In this document: positions 1-12,409 of the stretch, one piece after another | How positions within the stretch are numbered: position 1 is the first letter of the stretch | Layout: the number at the start of each line of letters is the position of its first letter | Assembly: GCA_965113315.1 (NCBI GenBank) | Contig: OZ220367.1 | Strand: one strand, 5' to 3' | From: Podarcis vaucheri | Taxonomy: Eukaryota | Length of the DNA stretch: 64,000 nt | Position numbers and translations under genes: made by a program | The notes under the pieces: generated by a model | The model's input: only the letters and a program-made list of their open reading frames with translations | What the model was told of the DNA's origin: nothing | Database searches by the model: none

Positions 1-230
1 GTGCCTGTTGTGCCCCAAATCGTATTTCCCACCCACCCATACCTATACTTCTCCACCTCTTGGCTACTTGCAGTTCTCCAGTGATTCTTATGCATACCAC
101 AAAGTCCTCCAGCATTTCTTCTCCTTTCATTGAGTGCAGCAGATTGGTCTTTGTGTCGAGCATCCTAGGTATTGGTCTGCCAGCACAGCTATTGAGAACA
201 GGTATATTAATCTCCTCTTTCATCACTCAG

Positions 231-302
231 ACAACTGGACAAGAACCACATCAGCTGCATTGAGGAAGGGGCCTTCCGTGCTCTCCGTGGCCTGGAAGTT
301 TT
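231..302 (+). CDS. SLIT1: SLIT1 exon (~ex6), 72 nt LRR
   Basis: ctcag|...|gtaagt; [24 protein letters not shown]. Confidence 0.95.
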
Positions 303-3300
303 GTAAGTGTCTCTGGGGGGGCTGTGTAGAAGGTTTGTCCCATCAGGCTGGATGGAGAGCCTGCCTAGAGAAGCATGACTGTGGTAGAATTCAGCTCAGT
401 TGATGGGAGGGTGGTCTGGAAGCATCCTGGGGTTAGGGCTAACTCTTCACAAGAAACAGTGCCCATCCCTAAATTTGGGCAAAGAGTCTGTTTTTCTATA
501 TAGCTTTATCACTGGTGTACGATTTGCAGGCTCAGGTGGCCATAGCCTTGTCCCCTTCAAGTCCCACTCCACTCCTGGCCACATCAGAAATGTTTTTAAC
601 TTAGAGTGTATATCCTGAGATTCCCACCCATGCTGGTAACATACAGGGTCCAGGTAGCATTCCATCTCCCCAGAAGGATGGAGGTCTTTTGGTATTACAC
701 CGATTCTGTATCAGTTGCAGTGCTTCCCATCAGAACTGAAAGTGCTATTTCCCACCTTTAGAGCCCTCATTGGTTTGGGGCTAAGTTATTAGAAGGAAAA
801 GCTGTGCCTGTATGAACCTACCTTTGCTTTAAGGTGGATATCAGAAGCCCTACTTGCTGGCCTGCATTTGAGATCATTTAGATTGGTGGGAACCGGGAAC
901 CAGAGCCTTCTCAGTGGTGGCCCCTACTCTATGGGATACCCTCCCAAGAGAAGTGTTCACTTTAGCTTCAGTATTTAATTTGTTTTGAACTGTTTGTAAT
1001 GTTGAATTTTAAATTGTTTTCAAAGGGCGGGTGATAAATCAATACTACAACGATAGTAATGATTAGTAATAATCATCCTATTATATTACTATGCAATTGT
1101 GCATAGGATTGTAGCTTAAGAGGGTTTTTTAAATCCCAGTGGTGAAAACAAAGCAAAACAAATAACATTATACCTGGGCTGGTTTCAAAAGTGATCAGGT
1201 GACAACCCAAAGCCCAGTAGCTCCCCTTGTGCAAACCACTGGAGCCTGGTCCTGATCTTACTAATGTAAGGAGGACCTTCCTCCCAAGCTTGAGGGGAGT
1301 GTTGGGTCAGATGAAGGGGTTGCATGCAATCCCAGGGAAGCTGATCTATTAGTCAGTGTAACTTTTCTTGCTAAGGTGAGCCCTAAAATTCACCTGTTGC
1401 TCTGTCATTCTAAGATCCTCTGTTGTAGGGGTGTGTTAGAACTGGCCCTTGCTTCTCCCATGCTGAAAGTGATTTTGAAAATAAGATGTGCTGTCAATCT
1501 GAGAAGTGTCACATGCCACTCTGTGAGCATTGATTTTTTTGTGTGTACACTGCACACACAGCCAGATGAAAGGACAAGATGTTTCTCTCCAGCGTTCACT
1601 GATGCTCTTCCTCTTCCTCCTTCCTGCAGGACTTTGAACAACAACAACATCAGCACCATCCCCATCTCCAGCTTCAACCATATGCCCAAACTGCGCACCT
1701 TGTGAGCACATGATGAAGCAGCCCAAGGGCGGAGGGATTGGGGGTGGGGTGGAAGACCGCAGACTGGACATTTCATAAAGCATGGTGGGCTGGGAGCTAC
1801 CAGTCCATACAAGGAATCCTGGTGGCAACTTTTCAGTTTTAGATCCTGCAGATCTCCCATCTTGGCACTGATGTTTTCATAGTAGGTAATGCCTAACCCT
1901 GTGCCCAGGATCCCAAGAACTTGGGGCCCTACGAAGATGTGGGATGCTGCCCCCCAATGGCAGAAAGAGCCACAGCTCTGTTCATGGAGTTGTTGGCTCC
2001 TTCAATGACAAGGTGTATCATGGGACAGAAAGGGGTGGCATTAATGTGGACACTGGGTGAGAGCAATCCAGTCCATGGAATGCAGAGTAAAAAAAGAGGT
2101 AAAGGTAAAGGACCCCTGACAGTTAAGTCCAGTCGCGAACAACTCTGGGGTTGCGGCGCTCATCTTGCTTTACTGGCCGAGGGAGCTGGCATTTGTCCAT
2201 AGACAGTTTTTCCAGGTCATGTGGCCAGCATGACTAAGCCGCTTCTGGCGAAACCAGAGCAGTGCACAGAAATGCTGTTAACTTTCCCACCGGAGCGGTA
2301 CCTATTTATCTACTTGCACTTTGACATGCTTTCGAACTGCTAGGTTGGCAGGAGCAGAGATCGAGCAACTGGAGCTCTCTCTGTCGCAGGGATTCGAACC
2401 GCCAACCTTCTGATCGGCAAGCCCAAGGCTCAGTGGTTTACACCACAGCGCCACCCGCATCCCAGAATGCAGATGTCACTTTGCGACTCTGAGTATATTT
2501 CAGCAGAGTACTAAGGCCCAAATCCCACAGCTTCAGATCCCTGTTAGACTAGACTCTCCTTCCCAGGAAATGTCCCCACATTTTCATTCCAGCTCTGTAA
2601 ACCCAAGTCTGTCTCTCTAGAAATGGCTTTACCTACAGTATCTATGCAGGTGTCTCAAGAGGTAGCTGTGGAAAGAAAGTAATTGATGTTTCTTCCCCTG
2701 CCCTAACCTTTCCTCCCCTGGGTCCCTACAGCCGCTTGCACTCCAACCAGCTCTTCTGCGATTGCCATTTGGGTTGGCTTTCCCAGTGGCTGCGCCAGCG
2801 CCCCACAATTGGGCTCTTCACACAGTGTGCCGGCCCTGCTGCCCTCCGTGGCCTCAATGTTGCAGAGATTCAGAAGAATGAATTCAGCTGTTCAGGTCAG
2901 TGGCATCTATGGGGTTCCAGAGAGCTTTGCAGACCCCCAAAATCACCAGAGAGAGGCCCCTTCTGCCCTCAGATTCAAGGCATATCAGTCCTGGAACCAA
3001 AGAGTTAGTGAAACCCGCCACAGGAGACCATTGGTCTCTCAAATTAACACAGACGCTCTTACCATGACACGTTAGTTTCAGGAGCTCTTGTGTCTCGTGT
3101 GCAGGCCAAGGTGGTTGCATGACTGCAGCTTGGACTGCAGAAATTCTGTTAAAAGCATCGTCTCCTTTTATCCTGCATTTTTCTGTTTCTGACAGTGTGA
3201 AGCTATCAAACCATTAATGCCATCTTGAAAGATGCCCGCTTGCTCCCTGTGCTCTTTATGTAGTTTTCCTCACAGCGTTGTGAAATGGTGCACCATGCTG

Positions 3301-6300
3301 CCCTTTCTATCTCATGCTCATTTGTGCACTTGCCCTCCCCTGTCCATTTCTTGTCTCTGCTGATTTGAACTATCAACCTGTGCAGCAGTTCTGCAAATGT
3401 ATATGCCTGCATATGTATTCATCTCTACATGTCAACATCTGTGGAGAGGGGCTGAGAGGAGGGCGTGCTAGTGGCCCAAAGGCTCTCTAGCTGCCCTGAA
3501 GAAAGAACACATTCCAAAACCCCAACAGACCACAAGCAAAGAACAGGTAGGCAGGGCTAGGGATGCCCTGCAGTGCTGTGGGTTGCAAGCCCTATGCAAA
3601 GAGGATGCACTAAGCTTCTGCATTCTTCTCTGCAGGCCAGATGGATGCTACCAGGACCCAAATCTGCAGCTTTTCATCAGGTTCCTGTCCCGCCATGTGC
3701 ACCTGCAGCAATGGCATTGTGGACTGTCGCGGCAAGGGGCTGACAGCCATCCCTGCCAACTTGCCTGAGACCATGACTGAGATGTGAGTGGATACTAGGA
3801 ACATGGTGGGTAGGCAGGGGATGGTGGGGCCTGAGCACTAGCACCCTTCCTAATCACATCTACTCTGCTTGGGTGCTCCTGTCTCCTTTGGCTAGTATTG
3901 ATTCAGCTGGTATTGGAACAGAGAATATATTGTTGCCTAAGGAGCACCATAGGGCAATTCTCAACTGTGACCTTATGTCAGGGGTGGGGAACCTCTGGCC
4001 CATGGACCAGATTTGGCCTGCCAGGCCATTTCACTCAAGCCATATGCATGATGTGAGGACAGGGCATGACTGAAAGGGGCTTTCCAAACACCCCACAATC
4101 AGCCAGTTGCCATGTGTCTGGGAAACAAAGCACAAAGCACTTTGAGAGGCGTGTGTCCAGCATTTCCCAAGCACCAAGCATGTGACTAGCAAAGCACTCT
4201 GCACAGTGCTTTCCCAAATATCTGGCAATCACCTGGTTTGCTGGGCGTTTGGGAAGTGCTGTACAAAGCTTTGACAGGTGTCGATCACCTGATGCCATTA
4301 TGTGTCAGGTGACTGGCATATGGGTGGCCCTACTGACTGTTGAAGTTGGCCCACAAGGGTAGGGGGAGTTAAAGATGTGGTCCACTGGTCCATAAAGCTT
4401 CACCACTCCTCCCTTATGCAGAGATGACTCTAGTTTTTGCCAGTCCCTTTTGTGGCTAAAAGCTGTACCAGGATCAGAGATTTCTGCTTCCAGAGAACTG
4501 GGGGAGATGTGTCAAAGTGAACTATCCAGGAATACAGCTGTCTGCCTACTCTTGGGGACTACCTCCTGCCTGATCTCTGTGGCATCCTTGTTGGAAGAGA
4601 TGGCACTTCAGTTGCTCCCATGGTGCAGTCAAGCTGATTTGCTTCCTTGTGTTCTGTTTCCCATGCAGACGCTTAGAACTGAATGGCATCAAGTCTATCC
4701 CACCTGGAGCCTTCTCGTCATATAAGAAGCTACGAAGGATGTGAGTGTCTTCAGCCAGAGTGAACAGTGCTGGGCTTGATGGACAAATAGTCTGTGCAGG
4801 CCTAAGGCAATACCTTCTGTCCAGACATGATATGGGCAGAGGGGAAGCAGGTGTTGCATTGCAAGGTGTACTCGAGGGAGCACAGAGCTGTATGGGCTGA
4901 TGTGCACCTCCATCTCAGTCCTGCTAAGGAACAGGAGTGAAGCCTTTATTATACTCTGTAAAGAACACAAGGTGGGAGAGGCACCTTCAGAGAAGGAAGG
5001 AGCAGTGACTACATGCGTAGGAGCGTTAACTTTGCCTTTGCCTTTCAGAGACCTGAGCAACAACCAGATCTTGGAGATTGCGCCTGATGCCTTCCAAGGC
5101 CTGCGCTCACTCAACTCTCTGTGAGTAGCCTCAGTGGGAACAAGCATGGCAGATATTAGTCTAGGTGGGGAAGTGAAATGCCACTTGTATGCAGCATGAG
5201 AATGTTCTTGCACAAGCTCCACGCACAGGCTATGCGCTGTGGCTTCCTGAATATGCCAATTCCAACTCACAGCCCCCTTGGCCAACATATTGCTTGGCCT
5301 TTCTAATTCATTATCGTTACGTCCGTTATGTATGAAGGGTGAACCTGGGTTCAGTTGTTCAAGATGGCCTCTTTCCTCAAGATACATCAGGACTTAACCA
5401 CCGAGAGACACTACTAATTCAAGCACTGGTTTTGTTTCTTTTCCAGAGTCTTGTACGGGAACAAGATCACAGAGCTGCCCAAAGGGGTATTCGGGGGCTT
5501 GTATTCACTGCAACTACTGTAAGCACAAGTGAGAGGGATGGCTAGAGGGCCATTTGGACATCACTATAGCAGGGGGCGAGTGTCAGTGTGGAAACCTTGT
5601 TCCAGATGGCAAAGGGGCTCCAGACCTCACATCTGGCTCCTATACAATTTCAGCATAGTTCTGTACAAACCTGACAGCCCTTTATCTCTTCCCTGGAACC
5701 TGCAACTCTCCTTACTACTTAACAAGCCTTTTCTTCTTCCCTGCCTTCATCTTCCACACAGCCCGCTTCACTGTCCCCTGTGTCTTTCTACTCCACAATC
5801 CCATCTAGAGTTACTGTCTTCTCCCCAGCTTTAATCTTTGCTTCCCTCCTCATCCTCTTATATTCCTCATCTATACCAGGGGTCAGCAACCTGCGACCCA
5901 TGGGCCACAAGTGGCCCACGGGGGTCATTTAAACAACCCACAAGCCGCCCGCTTGGTGAGTCCCTGTGCGCTGCGCTAAACTGGAGCAGTGTGGAGCGGG
6001 AACTCGCTTCTGCAGAACCGGAAATCGCGTCTGCACAGATGCAGACGCTGAAAATTGCATCTGCACAGGCGCGATCCGGCCCACGGAGCGATCTCTGTGG
6101 GAGTGAAGCATCCCAGGCGAGGTAAACCTTGCCGACCCCTGATCTATACTATCCCTTCCTTCTGTCCACCTCAGATTCAGGGAAGGGTTGTGGATATCCT
6201 GTCTCCTCACCTGTCTTCTTTGTGGCCATTTTGTTCTCTGACCTACTATCACTTGGTCTAGGCTGTGTGAGTAACATGCTGGGTGTTAGTTGAGTGGGTG

Positions 6301-6341
6301 GGATCTGCAGAATCCCCGGCTGTGAGCAATGGCTAAGAATA

Positions 6342-6389
<48 letters not shown>

Positions 6390-9291
6390 TAGCCACTACC
6401 ACTATGACCATCACACACTCTGATATGGTGTTTTGTGCTCCTTCACTCCAGGCTCCTGAATGCCAACAAGATCAACTGCATCCGGGCAGATGCCTTTGCT
6501 GACCTGCAGAACCTGTCGCTGCTCTCACTGTACGACAACAAGATCCAGACCTTGGCCAAGGGCACCTTTGCCACCTTGCGAGCCATCCAGACTCTGTGAG
6601 TGCTGGCTTCTCTGAAGATATGTCCAATGAGAACAGGGTTCTGTGGGAGGAAGGGAGGAAATGCCCTTGGAACATTGGGGTCCCACTGAGAAGGCAGGGA
6701 AGATTCTGTGGTCAAGACAGGAGATTACCACAGGGGCAGAGCTCTAGAAAGAGAGCAAAAAGCATTGCAAGGTCATGCTTTTGCAACCATGTTCAAGACC
6801 AGCCTTCCCTAATTGGGTGTCTTCCCATAACTTGGCTGGAGCTGATGGAAGTTGTTCCAAAAATATCTGAAGGGCACCAAGTTAGGGAAGACTGCCGTAG
6901 GGTGTAGAGGCTGGCCCAGGGCCATTGGCAAAGCCCAACATCCTGGCACCAAAGTGAGGTCACAAGGAAATGGACCACTTTGCCTTTGGGGTGCCTACGA
7001 GAGCATTCAGCATTATGCCAGCTAGAAGCAGCATCTTGGTTGCTAGATTTAAGGTTGCTCTGACAGCAGCCACCAGAACAACTCTGAAATTCAAGCTGCT
7101 CTTGTTTCTTTCCCTCTACAGCCATCTGGCCCAGAACCCCTTTATTTGCGACTGCAACCTGAAGTGGCTGGCAGACTTCTTGCGTGCCAATCCTATTGAA
7201 ACAAGTGGTGCTCGCTGTGCCAGCCCCCGCCGCCTCGCCAACAAGCGCATCGGACAGATCAAGAGCAAGAAATTCCGCTGCTCCCGTACGAATGATCTTC
7301 TTCTGTAGGGCTGCGTATAGATTTGGGGATCACGACAGAGCAGATATGCACTTCATTGCATACTTATTCAGGGATCCTGACATTAGCACCTCAGTGAAAT
7401 CTAGGGGAAGATATTGTAGAAACATGCCCCCCCCCCAACTGAAAAACTGCAGTGTTTCTGTTCTCTTATTTTAAAAATTAACTCTTTCATCTTGTGCACA
7501 CTTTGATGGCTGGTGGTGTATTTGTCTATTTTTCATCAGAAATATATATTAAGTTAATATGCATGATGTCATTTCAAACATATGTATCTGGATAGAAATA
7601 TGCATTCTGTTTTCATTTCACACACTGCAGTATATATACTCGTTCATACATGTTTGAGGAAGTTATGAGCAGCACGGCCTTTAATATCTTAAGTTTGCTG
7701 CATTCAGATTAACACTCTGCATATTTCTGTTCACAGCCAAAGAACAGTATTTCATTCCAGGTAAGGGAGCCAGTATGGAGATGCTAGAATTTGCACGTGA
7801 GTTGCATGCATATGTTTGTGGTATGTTTGCACTACTGGAAGAATGAGGTTGCAGCCTTGCAGGATTGCTGTTATGATGTATTTTTAATGGCTTGCATTAG
7901 ATCCAGCAGGGGTGGCATGGACTGTTTGCAGGCACTGTGTTCTTCCAGAGGCTCAGAACAAGATCAATCAGTCTCTGTCTTTTATATCTGCCTTCTCCGT
8001 TTGCTGTAGCACAGGAGTGGCAAACTCAATAGACTACAAGTGGTCCACAGCCAATTTCAATTTGTCAAGTCTCCACTGCTGCTGGCTACTCGGTGGTGGT
8101 GCCACTTATTGGAGCCTTACTCTATGTGCAGAAATTTCTGGCTTAATTATGCTGGCCAGAGGATTTATATATTTTTATTTATGAGTTCTGCATTTAACTG
8201 GGATCCCTGATAAAGCAGAGCTCCCAGATGCCTGGTGGCTTCTACAGTTCTACTCACATTCAAGCAGCCATGGTAGAAGCTTCCTTCAACAGGAGAAGGT
8301 CTGGGACTGGGTGAGCAGGAATGGTGGGGGCAGAGTCAGCATGTGAGGCCTCATGCCCTCAAACAGAAGGAATCCCCTTCCAGAATATTATGCTTATGCA
8401 ACAGTCCCAAGTATTCACACACACCTCTGTGTGCACACTTTCTCATTGCTTTCTCTTGGTGGCAGGTACGGAAGATTACCAGTTGAACAGTGAATGTCAC
8501 AGTGACGTCGTCTGCCCCCCCAAGTGCCGCTGCGAAGCCAACGTGGTTGAGTGTTCCAACCTGAAGCTGACAAAGATCCCAGAGCGCCTCCCTCAAGCCA
8601 CAGCTGAACTGTAAGTTAGCATGCTTTGGCCATATCTAAGAACCATACTTCCTTCCTCACTATCAAAAACCAAGTACTCTTATTTGCTTTCCGTGTGGCT
8701 TTATTTACACAGTTGTGGATAGCAAATGTTGCTATTGTAGGGTTGCTAGTGTTTTGAGGACTGATCTCTGTGGCAGGGACATGGAGGCATTCTCTATGGT
8801 TTTGGGGTTTGCCCTCCCCCATCATGTAGTGAGATGGAAGGACTTGCTTGCTGATTGGCTCCCCCTGCTGAGGCACACCTGACTGGGTCTGCCTGCCATC
8901 TGTGAAGCAGGATTTCATTTTAACTCTATAGAGCCCAACAAACATAAGAAGAGCCCTGTTGGATCAGGCCAAATGTCCATTTAGTCCAGCATTCTGATCT
9001 CACAGTGGCCTATAGGAAGCTTGCAAGCAGGATCTGACACAACAGTGCTCTTCCCACTTGTAATTCCCAGTGACTGGTATTTGGAAGAATGTTGCCTCTG
9101 ACAGTTCCCTACATACTTGCTGCTAACCATGAATCTATGAAACTCGCAGTTCTTTTTCTTAAGGTGAAAATAGAAGTGAGGGGGAAACTCCTTGTTGTCT
9201 AAGGGTTTTTTTCTTCTCATACTTAATTCATACTTTGAATCACTGCAGTATGTCCAATTCTTCATCATCGTCGTTGTTGTTGTTGTTGTTG

Positions 9292-9339
<48 letters not shown>

Positions 9340-12300
9340 CCCACCCATCTGACTGGGTTGCCTCAGCCACTCATCTAAGATTCCTAACTTCTGTACACAC
9401 TGACAAAGCTTAGAACTTCTATTTCTGGTGCATTTTTCACTCCAGTGCCTCTGCCTTCTGTAGTGCACTGCATTGCACCCAGCATCCCATATTGTGTACT
9501 AAACAGGTATCTGAAGCCTTTTATATGAAGCATTTATTCTCCATGCAAGCACAGTGGAATGGCCCTTGGCCCTATCCAGTACTGAGTCTTTCATTGGGCC
9601 ATTTCACCTTCTATTTCTATTCTATATTAAATTCTTTGAAATTATCTGTGTGTAGGAAAAGGGCACATTGTTCATGTGGACAAGTGGCTTTCTGCTGCAG
9701 ATGCTTGATTTAGAAAGCTGGTGTGTATTGGCTTTCAAAGCCATATACTTACTCCTGGCAGAACAATCCATTTGCATTATGCTTTATATTCTGATATATA
9801 TATGCACATTTTTATACACAGGGATTAACTCAGTACAGAGTGGAAAGAATGTGTTAAGCAATGCAAAGTTAGTTTTCAGAGATGGGCCTAGAATACCCAT
9901 ATATTTTATTTTATTCATGGCTTTGCTTTCCGAGCTGTATGTTTACAATCCTTTATTTCTGTTGCAGGCGGCTGAACAACAATGAGATCACAGTGCTGGA
10001 AGCCACAGGCATCTTTAAGAAGCTCCCACACTTAAAGAAAATGTGAGTATGTGGGTAAGGGGTTCTCATAGCAGAGGAGATACTCCAAAGACCTCTTGTG
10101 CACACAAGATCTGGGGGAAAGGAGGCGGCAATATGAACAGGGCTTAGAGTGCAGCAGTATTCCAACAGGAGCCAGATATTTCTCATGCAAGAGGCTGACA
10201 TGTATGCCTAGAATGGAAAGGCCAAACTAGAGATGACCTTTGTCACATTGCTTGGTGTTGCATAGTTGATTTTTAAAAGTTGAACAGCTGCCATAGGGGG
10301 GCCAGCCAGATCAGGACAATGGTGTGGAGTGAGGGGAGCTTTGACCCAGTGCTGGAATTGCCCCCCACCACCACCTCAACTGCTGTTTACAAGGAGAATA
10401 AAGCTTCCATTGACATCAGTGGGAGCTTTCCTTTCAGTGCAGGCACAGGATGGAGAAGATTCTGATCAAGACTGCCAGGGGCTACTCAATGGGCCTTCAG
10501 AAGCACAAACATGTTTTTTTAGAGGAAGTCAAAGGCTTAAAACTAAACATATGGCATACATTCAAAGTGGGTTCAGCAGGCGCAGGTTGCAGAAGAATTA
10601 AAGACAGCAAAATAAAACCAGCGCTGTTGGAACTACTACAAATATTCTTCATTTGTCTCTGTTGGAGAGAAATGCTCCTTGTAGGCTGCGCACTGAGTTG
10701 AGAAAACTTTCTGCCTGCTCCTGTGTTCTACTATCACTTCATGTTCCTTGCTTTCCCAGAAACCTGAGCAACAACAAGGTGTCAGAGATTGAGGATGGGG
10801 CCTTTGAAGGGGCAGCTTCAGTCAGTGAGCTACACCTGACAGTTAACCAGCTGGAGTCAGTGCGCAGCGCCATGTTCCGGGGCCTCGAAGGGCTGCGGAC
10901 CCTGTAAGTTGGCCTAACTGGGGTTGTTGACCTAACTGGGGTAGGGAAGATAGGAGAGAGGGGCAGCGGTGGGTTGTCAGTACGCAGGAGGAGTAGCAGG
11001 GTGGAGAATGCTGTCAGGCTCCTTTGGCTTTCAAGGGGTAGTTTGTAGAACGGGCTTCTTCCCATTCTCTGTCTTCCTTCCAGGATGCTGAGGAACAACC
11101 GCATCAACTGCATCCACAACGACAGCTTCACGGGACTGCGCAATGTGCGCCTCCTCTCGCTGTACGACAATCAGATCAGCACCATCGCACCTGGGGCTTT
11201 TGACACGTTGCAGTCACTCTCCACACTGTGAGTTGCGAGGCAGGGAAATTCCAACCTATTAACTAACCTCTGAACACGCTCAGTCCTCTATTCCTTGGTG
11301 AGAGCTGTCTGCACGGTATAGGCCACTCTGCTACCCCACCTTGATTGTAGGGAGGATCCATAGCTCAGGAGTAGAACCCACACTTTCTATACAGCAGGTC
11401 CCTACTTTAATCCTTGGCCTCTCAAAAGCGCTCCTATGTAGCAGTATTGGTAAAAATCTGTCCCTAAGACTTTGGAGGGGTGCTACCAGTATTGTAGACA
11501 AAACTGAGCTAAGCAGACCAGAGGGTTTGGCTTAGAATAAATCAGCTTCCTTCAAACATAGACTGTCTGGCCTATGTTTTAGGTCTTGAAAGGGAGAAAG
11601 TGATTGAGCCCTACCTGCCTACAAGCCTTTGCTAGATTATCCTGTGTTTGCCCAGTTTATTTATCTCCCTCCTGTACCCCTCCCGCCCAGGAACCTGCTG
11701 GCTAACCCCTTCAACTGCAATTGCCGCCTGGCCTGGTTAGGCGACTGGCTTCGTAGGAGGAAGATTGTGACTGGGAACCCCCGCTGCAATAATCCGGATT
11801 TCCTACGCCAAATCCCACTGCAGGATGTGGCCTTCCCCGACTTCAGGTGTGAGGAAGGTAACTCACAGGCTCTCGGTGGGGATGAGGAGGATGGGGAGGG
11901 AGCAATTAAGCAAACTGAGGCTATGATTGTATAGCAGGTTATCTTCCCACAGACCCACATAAGGCCCTATTTGAGTTTCCACTAGCAGACCAGTTGTGAA
12001 GGCTGTTGTGGTTGAACGAGGTTGATACTCCCATTAAGCCATAAATGTCCAACCCTTTTCCCTGCCCAGAGTTGTTGCAATATGAATTTAAACCAACAGA
12101 GGGCACACAGGAAGTCATTACGGAAAATGGGAGTGCCATGTATTAAGCCAGATTTTGAAAACACTGAATGTCCATTAGCCCAGGCTGCACAGTGTGTGTA
12201 AACTGCCTCAGCCCTCAAATCTTGCAGTGGCAGTTCACACATGGAAATGAGTTTCCTCACACAGATCAGTTGAAGTGGGAAGAACCCAAAGGCTGTTGTA

Positions 12301-12375
12301 AAGGGCAAAGAAGGCTGCAGCCACTAATGAAATGATGTGGTCGCCCCATCCTGAAAAGTTGTGGGAGATTTAGGG

Positions 12376-12409
<34 letters not shown>

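Noticed and set aside
4695-5387. 230-aa - strand ORF antisense to SLIT1
   Set aside because: Spans intron and exon without domain signal; expected by chance.
8981-9413. Poly-Ile/Thr/Val ORFs
   Set aside because: Translations of the trinucleotide microsatellite.
7286-9967. miR-218 hairpin in the introns around the microexon, as in SLIT2/SLIT3
   Set aside because: No match to TTGTGCTTGATCTAACCATGT found by eye; absence is consistent with SLIT1.
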